A stretch of DNA of 13,755 nt from an uncultured Mycoplasma sp. (lineage in GTDB: Bacteria > Bacillota_I > Bacilli_A > RF39 > UBA660): assembly GCA_964430785.1 (NCBI GenBank), contig CAYSFJ010000014.1, forward strand, positions 1 to 13,755. Direction: 5' to 3'. Positions 8,536 through 13,755 of the stretch are shown piece by piece. The notes below the pieces were generated by a model that worked only from the letters and a program-made list of their open reading frames with translations, did no database searches and was not told the origin of the DNA. The position numbers and the translations under genes are program-made. Positions within the stretch are counted from its first letter, which is position 1, and the number at the start of each line of letters is the position of its first letter.

Positions 8536-8541
8536 AACTAG
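8525..8541. repeat. Left copy of the 17-nt direct repeat ACAAAAAATAAAACTAG (covers the last gpsA codons and the left arm of the terminator)
   Basis: Exact 17/17 match to 9084..9100, checked base by base. The sequence is low complexity (A-rich), so chance or convergent terminator sequence cannot be excluded. Confidence 0.5.
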
Positions 8542-8557
8542 CCTATCTAGTTTTTTT
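8534..8557. terminator. Bidirectional Rho-independent terminator between convergent gpsA and the toxN-like gene
   Basis: AAAACTAG (8534..8541), loop CCTAT, CTAGTTTT (8547..8554), then a T-run to 8557. The A-run on the left makes it usable from the minus strand too. Confidence 0.65.
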
Positions 8558-8642
8558 ATTATATTCTTTGCACTTTTTTCTAATAGTTTAAAATCACAAC
8601 ATCTACTTGCAATATGTGAATTTAAAGTTTTATTAATAAATT

Positions 8643-9050
8643 TTAAATATAGTTTTTTGATTTATTATAAAGAATATCACTGTTACGGTTAAGCCAATAA
8701 ATTTGTTCTTTTAATAACTTCACATATTTTTCTTTACTTTTTATAAAACAATCTTTATCTAAATTTAATTTAATAATATTTTTATTTGTTACAGGTATCA
8801 TACTATTAAAATTTACAGCTCCTAAATCACCATTTGAAATTTTCAAAAAGTCTAATGTTGTTCTCATAGTTTTATGTTTCGCTTTAGGACTTGATAATGG
8901 AACAAAATATTTACAATTGTTTATTTCAAATAAAACGCCTACAAAAGGTCGCAACTCTTTCTTATCATAGTTATAAGGAACTTTCAGGTCAAACTTACGT
9001 AAGTAATTACAATAATCTGAGTCAATTTTAACTAATACTAATTTCTTCAT
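8643..9050 (-). CDS. ToxN/AbiQ-family endoribonuclease (type III toxin-antitoxin toxin / abortive-infection protein), short form
   Basis: 135 aa. It aligns by eye with ToxN/AbiQ: YCNYLRKFDLKVP (compare YIEYLKEFDDKVP), PFVGVLFEINNCKYFVPLSSPKAKH (compare AFIGIVLEIQGHKYLAPLTSPKKWH), LGAVNFNSMIPV (compare LGLINLKFMIPI) and YVKLLKEQIYWLNRNSDIL. A strong ribosome-binding site GAGGTGG lies 5 nt upstream of the ATG. It is roughly 35 aa shorter than the ~170-aa ToxN/AbiQ proteins as I recall them. Confidence 0.75.
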   Translation of the reverse strand: MKKLVLVKIDSDYCNYLRKFDLKVPYNYDKKELRPFVGVLFEINNCKYFVPLSSPKAKHKTMRTTLDFLKISNGDLGAVNFNSMIPVTNKNIIKLNLDKDCFIKSKEKYVKLLKEQIYWLNRNSDILYNKSKNYI

Positions 9051-9083
9051 TTAAACCACCTCAAAAACCATTATACAATAATT

Positions 9084-9100
9084 ACAAAAAATAAAACTAG
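9084..9100. repeat. Right copy of the 17-nt direct repeat ACAAAAAATAAAACTAG
   Basis: Exact match to 8525..8541. It forms the left arm and A-tract of the terminator hairpin at 9094..9117. Confidence 0.5.
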
Positions 9101-9124
9101 AGTAAGCTCTCTAGTTTCTTTTTT
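9086..9124. terminator. Strong bidirectional terminator hairpin immediately upstream of the toxN-like gene
   Basis: AAACTAGAG (9094..9102), loop TAAGCT, CTCTAGTTT (9109..9117). It is followed by CTTTTTT on the plus strand and by TTTTATTTTTT on the minus strand. On the minus strand it lies between the upstream hairpin region and the toxN ribosome-binding site, the position the terminator occupies in type III TA loci. Confidence 0.6.
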
Positions 9125-9136
9125 AAGTTCCTCTTA

Positions 9137-9160
9137 TAGTGGGAATCACTAGTTTTTTTT
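9137..9160. terminator. Second hairpin plus T8 tract (terminator-like on the plus strand; hairpin preceded by A8 on the minus strand)
   Basis: TAGTG (9137..9141), loop GGAAT, CACTA (9147..9151), then G and T8 (9153..9160). The stem is only 5 bp. Confidence 0.35.
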
Positions 9161-9221
9161 AATAACCATCTACATAGCACTCTATGTAAACAGTTAAATG
9201 CATAAATTAATATGCGTAATT

Positions 9222-9230
9222 AATATACCA
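9222..9230 (-). promoter_or_regulatory. Candidate extended -10 promoter (TGgTATATT) upstream of the hairpin region
   Basis: The minus strand reads TG (9230..9229), g, TATATT (9227..9222). It overlaps a 13-nt-period direct repeat TATTAATT(n)YGCA x2 (about 9225..9200). No good -35 element is present. Confidence 0.3.
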
Positions 9231-9259
9231 CAAAATTATTAAAATTTACATATTTTTTA

Positions 9260-11125
9260 TTAATTTTTATATTCATTTTTAATTTTATTATAAACCTTCT
9301 CTTCATCTAAATTATTTAATTTTATAAGTTCCTCTCTTGAAGCTGTAAACATAAACTTATTTGGGATATTATAAATATAAAAATCATTCTTGCTGTTTAT
9401 TTTACTAGCAAAGGAAAGTATTACACTATCTAAACTACACCCTTCCATACTTTCTTCATAAATAAATACTTTTTTATAATATTGGAGTATTTTAGTAAGC
9501 ATTTTTTCATCAATTGGTTTTAAAAATCTAGCATTAATAATTGTAAGATTTATATTATCTTTAGATAACCATTCACAAATAGTTTTTGTTTTGCCTACAA
9601 AATCACCATAAGTAATAATTACGCCATCTTCTCCAGATGCAAGTACACTCCAAGAACCTAAAATAATATTTTCTTTCTTTTGAAAATCATATTTTAAATT
9701 TATTTTGGGATATCTTATAGCAAAAGGTTTATTACATTTTAATGCAAGTTCTAATAGATTATCAGCTTCTTTAGGACTCGATGGCATAGAAATAGCCATA
9801 TTAGGAATAGGAAGTAGCATTGGCACGTCAAATAATCCTTGATGCGTTTCTCCATCAGATGATACAAATCCCGCTCTATCAATACATAAAATAACATGTT
9901 CATTCATTCTAGCAATATCATGAACTATTTCATCATAACCACGCTGAAGAAAACTTGAATATATAAAACATATTGGTTTTTTACCATTTTCCGCAAGGGA
10001 AGAAGCTAGAACTAAAGCGTGCTCTTCGTTAATGCCAACATCGATAAATTGATTAGGTAATTTTTCTTTAATAATGCTAAGCTTACAACCTTTCTCCATC
10101 GCAGGCGTAATAACAATTATATCTTTATCTTTTTTAGCATAATTTAAAACATAAGAACTCATTATTTCACTATATGATGGTAAATTTGATATTTCTTTAG
10201 GTTTACCATCGCTTATATTAAAAGGGCCAACTCCATGAAAAGATCCATTTTCATCATTTTCAGCAGGTTCATAGCCAAATCCTTTTTTAGTTATTACATG
10301 AAGTAAAACAGGTTTATTAATATTTTTAACCATTTGTAAATACTTAATCATTTCATTAAAGTCTTCACCATCTATCGGGCCAAAATATTCAAGACCTAAA
10401 GATGTAAATAAACTTCCCTTTTTTACATATAACATTTTAAAGTTATCTTTAATACTATTTAAGGCATTAGCACACACTTTACCAAACTTTGTTTTATTTA
10501 AAAAACTTTTAGTGTTTTTTTTAACTTTATTATACTTTTTACCCGCTCTTACGGAATCTAAAAAATTATGAACAGCACCAACATTTTTAGAAATGCTCAT
10601 TTCATTATCATTTAAAATAATAATTAGTCTTGTATTTAAACTTCCTATGTGATTAAGTGCCTCAAAGGAAAGACCATTAGAAATAGAACCATCTCCGATA
10701 ACACATACAACATTATAATTTTTCTTATCTAAATCTCTTGCTAAAGCAAAACCAAGACCTGCAGATAAAGATGTTGAACTATGTCCTGCTTCATAAACAT
10801 CATATTTACTTTCACTTTTCTTTTGAAAACCATCTAGCCCATTATACTTTCTTAAATTTTTGAAATCTTTTGCTCTACCAGTTAATATTTTATATGGATA
10901 AGTTTGATGCCCAACATCAAAAATTATTTTATCTTTATTTACATCAAATACTTTAAGAATTGCAATTGTTAAATCTGTTATACCCAAATTTGAGGATAAA
11001 TGTCCTCCTGTATTAGAAACATTTTGTAAAATAAATTCTCTAATATCCGCACCTAAAACAGCAAGTTCATCATTATTTAATTTCTTTAAAAAATCAGGAT
11101 TTTTTATATTTTCAATCTTATCCAT
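9260..11125 (-). CDS. dxs: 1-deoxy-D-xylulose-5-phosphate synthase
   Basis: 621 aa. N-terminal GGHLSSNLGITDLTIAL..FDVGHQTYPYKILTGR, TPP-binding IGDGSISNGLSFEALN, and central and C-terminal transketolase-like regions (FIDVGINEEHAL, DGETHQG). Full-length Dxs architecture. Confidence 0.92.
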   Translation of the reverse strand: MDKIENIKNPDFLKKLNNDELAVLGADIREFILQNVSNTGGHLSSNLGITDLTIAILKVFDVNKDKIIFDVGHQTYPYKILTGRAKDFKNLRKYNGLDGFQKKSESKYDVYEAGHSSTSLSAGLGFALARDLDKKNYNVVCVIGDGSISNGLSFEALNHIGSLNTRLIIILNDNEMSISKNVGAVHNFLDSVRAGKKYNKVKKNTKSFLNKTKFGKVCANALNSIKDNFKMLYVKKGSLFTSLGLEYFGPIDGEDFNEMIKYLQMVKNINKPVLLHVITKKGFGYEPAENDENGSFHGVGPFNISDGKPKEISNLPSYSEIMSSYVLNYAKKDKDIIVITPAMEKGCKLSIIKEKLPNQFIDVGINEEHALVLASSLAENGKKPICFIYSSFLQRGYDEIVHDIARMNEHVILCIDRAGFVSSDGETHQGLFDVPMLLPIPNMAISMPSSPKEADNLLELALKCNKPFAIRYPKINLKYDFQKKENIILGSWSVLASGEDGVIITYGDFVGKTKTICEWLSKDNINLTIINARFLKPIDEKMLTKILQYYKKVFIYEESMEGCSLDSVILSFASKINSKNDFYIYNIPNKFMFTASREELIKLNNLDEEKVYNKIKNEYKN

Positions 11126-11786
11126 TGATAATATCCTTTATTACATAATCAGTTAAATATATTCCCGCAATTGAGGTAGTACAAACATATGATGAAACAA
11201 TCTTACTTTTAATTGGTTTTTCTTTAGAACATATTACATTAACATTATCAGTAAAATTACATTTTTTAATTAAATAATGATTTAGTTTTTTACCAAGTGG
11301 ATCAGATAAACTTTCTTTTAAGGTACTTTTACATACTAATTCAGGGCAAACCCTATTGCCAATTCCTAAAGAAACAATTATTTTCTTATTATATTTTTTT
11401 GCATTTAATATAAGATTTGCCTTAGCAGGAACACTATCACAAGCATCAATTATATAATCATATGAAGAAAAATCGAATTCAGATTTAAAATCTAAAAAAG
11501 TATCTAAAACATTAATATTTACATTTTTATTAATACTTTTGGCTCTTATAACGGCTTCATCAATTTTCTTTTTGCCTATTGAATCAATTGTTGCATATAA
11601 CTGTCTATTTAAATTACTTTCTTCATAAGTATCAAAATCAATTACAGTAATATTTTCTACTCCACATCTAATTAGAGTTTCAAAGCAAAAAGATCCTACT
11701 CCACCAATCCCCACTAAAAGGATATGAGTATTTTTAATCTTTTCTAAATTACTTTCTCCAAACAAATTTATTAATCTTTCTTTCAT
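11118..11786 (-). CDS. tcdA: ThiF/MoeB-family E1-like enzyme, most like tRNA threonylcarbamoyladenosine dehydratase (TcdA/YrvM)
   Basis: 222 aa. LFGESNLEKIKNTHILLVGIGGVGSFCFETLIRCGVENITVIDFDTYEESNLNRQ is the TcdA-type Rossmann/ATP motif. The protein is small and lacks ThiF/MoeB C-terminal extras. It overlaps the dxs start by 8 nt. AGGAG lies 7 nt upstream of the ATG. Confidence 0.7.
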   Translation of the reverse strand: MKERLINLFGESNLEKIKNTHILLVGIGGVGSFCFETLIRCGVENITVIDFDTYEESNLNRQLYATIDSIGKKKIDEAVIRAKSINKNVNINVLDTFLDFKSEFDFSSYDYIIDACDSVPAKANLILNAKKYNKKIIVSLGIGNRVCPELVCKSTLKESLSDPLGKKLNHYLIKKCNFTDNVNVICSKEKPIKSKIVSSYVCTTSIAGIYLTDYVIKDIING

Positions 11787-11789
11787 ACA

Positions 11790-11981
11790 TACTCCTATTA
11801 AAAAACCCAGTAAGATTAGTCTATGCTAGATAAAATCCCGCGCTCTCCGCAGGTGGGCATCACATAAGTTATTTTAGGATTCTTATGTACTTAATGAATA
11901 AGCATTCTACACCATAACCTAATTAGATTCCCTTATTTCTATCTTTAGTCGGTTTTATACGCTATAAACTATCAACTAGGT
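11790..11981 (-). promoter_or_regulatory. Candidate structured 5' leader (unclassified cis-regulatory RNA) of tcdA-dxs
   Basis: On the minus strand an 8-bp helix pairs 11981..11974 (ACCTAGTT) with 11924..11917 (AATTAGGT, one G-U pair). A 7-bp hairpin spans 11888..11862. A GC-rich 6-bp hairpin CCTGCG-GAGAG-CGCGGG at 11853..11837 is followed by ATTTTAT. This is the only GC-rich patch in about 340 nt of AT-rich spacer. Confidence 0.35.
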
Positions 11982-11987
11982 ATCTTT

Positions 11988-11996
11988 ATTATAGCA
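11988..11996 (-). promoter_or_regulatory. Candidate extended -10 promoter (TGcTATAAT) for the tcdA-dxs leader
   Basis: Exact TGnTATAAT on the minus strand. The predicted start near 11981 coincides with the 5' strand of the outer helix of the leader. Confidence 0.35.
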
Positions 11997-12078
11997 AACT
12001 ATTTATCTAAAATAAATATAATAAAATTAAGTTTACATTATATTTTATAATTTTAGCATATATTCCACTAAAATTATA

Positions 12079-12107
12079 TTAATATTTTACAGTAAAATAA
12101 GTGTCAA
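12079..12107 (-). promoter_or_regulatory. Alternative upstream promoter (TTGACA-17 nt-TATTAA)
   Basis: On the minus strand: TTGACA at 12107..12102, a 17-nt spacer, TATTAA at 12084..12079. It lies just downstream of the stop of the 12127..12762 gene. Confidence 0.3.
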
Positions 12108-12126
12108 ATAAAAAAGCGTAAGCATC

Positions 12127-12762
12127 TTAATATCTTACTCCTCCCCATTCAACAGCAACAAAACCTATTCTTTCAAATGTAGGAAGTTCTTGCTCTTTAA
12201 TTTTAACTTTTTTATTTACTTTTTTTACATGCATAGTTACTCTTAATAAACTATCAGGTACAGGCTCTATAATTAATTTATTATATTTTTCTATACTTTC
12301 AGTTAATTCAAAATATACTAAACTTTTTCCATTATTTTCAAGTATTGGAAGCCAGTACATTATAAATTCATTTTTTTCTCTATCATTTAAACCAATTAGA
12401 GAAAGTTTTTCCTCAAGAAAAGAAATAGCATCAACTTTTTCTACATAAAAGCCTTCGTCAAAAGATGATTTAACATTATTTTTCTCTTCCCAATATAATG
12501 CATAATAATATTTTCCGTTTTCATCATATAAATTACCAAGTGTATCTGCATTTACACTCCATCCATTATTATATTTAGGATATGTTGTTGCAAGATATTC
12601 TGGATGCTCAAACTTAACAGTTATATTTTCATTTTTAATTGGATATAAATATAAAACTGGTTTAGCTTTCATTGGAACCAATGAGGAAAATATAATACAT
12701 AATATAAAGAATAAAATAAGTGCTAAAATAATTTTACCTATCATATAAATAATTTTTTTCAC
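12127..12762 (-). CDS. Membrane-anchored protein of unknown function, paralogue B (PVLYLYP...VEWGG domain)
   Basis: ORF 12127..12780. I prefer the GTG at 12762 (VKKIIYMIGKIILALILFFILCIIF, read as MKK plus a hydrophobic anchor), which has GGGGA 5 nt upstream and lies 1 nt after the stop of the preceding gene. About 175 C-terminal residues are identical to 13005..13667 apart from I/T and K/E near the repeat boundary and R/T at the penultimate residue (VRY vs VTY). I do not recall a named family. Confidence 0.65.
   Translation of the reverse strand: MKKIIYMIGKIILALILFFILCIIFSSLVPMKAKPVLYLYPIKNENITVKFEHPEYLATTYPKYNNGWSVNADTLGNLYDENGKYYYALYWEEKNNVKSSFDEGFYVEKVDAISFLEEKLSLIGLNDREKNEFIMYWLPILENNGKSLVYFELTESIEKYNKLIIEPVPDSLLRVTMHVKKVNKKVKIKEQELPTFERIGFVAVEWGGVRY
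12137..12663. repeat. 527-bp direct repeat, copy 1 (2 mismatches to copy 2)
   Basis: Base-by-base comparison with 13015..13541 at a constant offset of 878 nt. The only differences I found are at 12636 (t vs c) and 12638 (a vs g). Confidence 0.9.
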
Positions 12763-12763
12763 T

Positions 12764-13003
12764 TTAATCCCCACATTCACACTTTATTGTATCTGTACTT
12801 TCTTTCATTTCATCATCATAATAATGACATGTTTGCATGCCACCACTACACTCAGTACAATTTACTGAACTTTGGCAATATAATCTACCACCACTGTCAT
12901 GATGAAAAAATATAATAAAAATTATATAAGCAAAAGTAATAACATTTAAAATAGCCAAAATTACAAACGAAACTTTCCAATAATTTTTCCTTTCTTTTTT
13001 CAT
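12764..13003 (-). CDS. Small single-pass membrane protein with a Cys-rich extracytoplasmic tail
   Basis: I prefer the ATG at 13003 (MKKERKNYWK, then TM VSFVILAILNVITFAYIIFIIFF, then the tail with C-x5-C-x2-C-x6-C-x15-C-x-C). This start lies 1 nt after the stop of the upstream gene. The track start at 13039 would overlap that gene by 35 nt. Confidence 0.5.
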   Translation of the reverse strand: MKKERKNYWKVSFVILAILNVITFAYIIFIIFFHHDSGGRLYCQSSVNCTECSGGMQTCHYYDDEMKESTDTIKCECGD

Positions 13004-13004
13004 T

Positions 13005-13667
13005 TTAGTAAGTAACTCCTCCCCATTCAACAGCAACAAAACCTATTCTTTCAAATGTAGGAAGTTCTTGCTCTTTAATTTTAACTTTTTTATTTACTTT
13101 TTTTACATGCATAGTTACTCTTAATAAACTATCAGGTACAGGCTCTATAATTAATTTATTATATTTTTCTATACTTTCAGTTAATTCAAAATATACTAAA
13201 CTTTTTCCATTATTTTCAAGTATTGGAAGCCAGTACATTATAAATTCATTTTTTTCTCTATCATTTAAACCAATTAGAGAAAGTTTTTCCTCAAGAAAAG
13301 AAATAGCATCAACTTTTTCTACATAAAAGCCTTCGTCAAAAGATGATTTAACATTATTTTTCTCTTCCCAATATAATGCATAATAATATTTTCCGTTTTC
13401 ATCATATAAATTACCAAGTGTATCTGCATTTACACTCCATCCATTATTATATTTAGGATATGTTGTTGCAAGATATTCTGGATGCTCAAACTTAACAGTT
13501 ATATTTTCATTTTCAGTTGGATATAAATATAAAACTGGTTTTCTGATTACACTTGTTAAAGAAGGATACAAAAAATAAATAAATAGTATTTGTAATATTA
13601 ATATCAAAAGCAAAGTTATAGTTAAACTTTTATAATTATTTTCTTCATTTGAATTATTTTTATTCAT
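13005..13667 (-). CDS. Membrane-anchored protein of unknown function, paralogue A (PVLYLYP...VEWGG domain)
   Basis: ORF 13005..13691. I prefer the ATG at 13667 (MNKNNSNEENNYKSLTITLLLILILQILFIYF), which has GGAG 5 nt upstream and lies 1 nt after an upstream in-frame stop. The C-terminal domain is encoded by the 527-bp repeat. Confidence 0.65.
   Translation of the reverse strand: MNKNNSNEENNYKSLTITLLLILILQILFIYFLYPSLTSVIRKPVLYLYPTENENITVKFEHPEYLATTYPKYNNGWSVNADTLGNLYDENGKYYYALYWEEKNNVKSSFDEGFYVEKVDAISFLEEKLSLIGLNDREKNEFIMYWLPILENNGKSLVYFELTESIEKYNKLIIEPVPDSLLRVTMHVKKVNKKVKIKEQELPTFERIGFVAVEWGGVTY
13015..13541. repeat. 527-bp direct repeat, copy 2
   Basis: See copy 1. Identity stops abruptly at both ends: the last three codons differ (VRY vs VTY) and the N-terminal anchors are unrelated. 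Confidence 0.9.
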
Positions 13668-13668
13668 G

Positions 13669-13755
13669 TTATCTCCAACAAGATGAAACATTACAGTTTG
13701 ATGAATAAGGCATTGGGTTAGGCATTTCCATCTTAACTATCATAGGTATTTTAAA
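13669..13755 (-). CDS. 3' end of a further upstream ORF (C-terminus ...PMPYSSNCNVSSCWR), gene start outside the window
   Basis: The minus-strand frame is open from the window edge to the TAA at 13671..13669 (28 codons). The stop is followed by 1 nt and then the ATG of paralogue A, the same junction geometry as the other two junctions in this operon. Too short to be certain it is coding. Confidence 0.3.
   Translation of the reverse strand, partial: FKIPMIVKMEMPNPMPYSSNCNVSSCWR

Larger units (their letters stand above)
9086..9215 (-). ncRNA. Hypothetical short structured RNA upstream of toxN (candidate non-canonical ToxI-like antitoxin)
   Basis: Between a TGnTATATT extended -10 (9230..9222) and the terminator at 9094..9117 there are three further hairpins on the minus strand: 9215..9200, 9188..9171 and 9151..9137. 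The last two and the terminator hairpin are spaced about 36-38 nt apart. The last hairpin and the terminator are each preceded by an A-tract. There is no perfect tandem repeat. The strand and the existence of this RNA are inferred, not shown. Confidence 0.25.

Noticed and set aside
9051-9259. Canonical ToxI-type antitoxin array (two or more near-identical 34-40-nt tandem repeats)
   Set aside because: I read this region on both strands and found no perfect or near-perfect tandem repeat of that size. I saw only a 13-nt-period TATTAATT..GCA doublet and the degenerate hairpin periodicity reported as a finding. The 8536..8642 region also lacks such repeats.
11790-11985. Assignment of the tcdA-dxs leader to a known class (TPP riboswitch, T-box, purine, preQ1, THF, glycine, ykkC)
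   Set aside because: None of the signature motifs is present intact: CUGAGA/ACCCU...GAUC for TPP, GGUGGNACCGCG for T-box, and so on. There are only partial resemblances (CCGACUA, GAGAGCGCGG), too short to be meaningful without a covariance-model search.
1-13755. CRISPR arrays, tRNA/rRNA genes, transposase/integrase genes, prophage modules
   Set aside because: I saw no regularly spaced direct repeats with unique spacers, no tRNA-like GGTTCGAATCC-type arms or rRNA-like segments, and no ORF with transposase, recombinase or phage structural motifs.

Overview
Very AT-rich window (about a quarter G+C by eye) that reads as a chromosomal segment of a low-GC, spore-forming Bacillota genome using the standard bacterial code (TGA is a stop, as at rarA). 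Most of it is conserved housekeeping or sporulation synteny. On the minus strand a ComN-like small gene, rel/relA, dtd, a spoVID-like gene and a ysxE/cotS-like gene run in one tight, partly overlapping string. On the plus strand rarA and gpsA overlap by ATGA. On the minus strand tcdA (ThiF family) and dxs overlap by 8 nt. Four parts are not ordinary. (1) A ToxN/AbiQ-family (type III toxin-antitoxin / abortive infection) endoribonuclease gene at 8643..9050 sits alone between gpsA and dxs. It lacks the canonical perfect tandem-repeat antitoxin array. Upstream there is instead a short hairpin-rich, A-tract-punctuated region ending in a terminator. The locus is flanked by a 17-nt direct repeat and by look-alike terminators. 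(2) At the right end is a translationally coupled minus-strand operon of unknown function. Small Cys-rich membrane proteins alternate with two paralogues that share a 527-bp stretch with only 2 mismatches but have unrelated N-terminal anchors. (3) A roughly 190-nt leader carrying an isolated GC-rich hairpin precedes tcdA-dxs. I cannot assign it to a known riboswitch class. (4) At the left end are two pilin-like genes; one of them (1..870, minus strand) is missing from the supplied ORF track because it runs off the window. The Rel protein also appears to have a degenerate hydrolase (HD) active site. No rRNA, tRNA, CRISPR array, transposase or integrase was seen.
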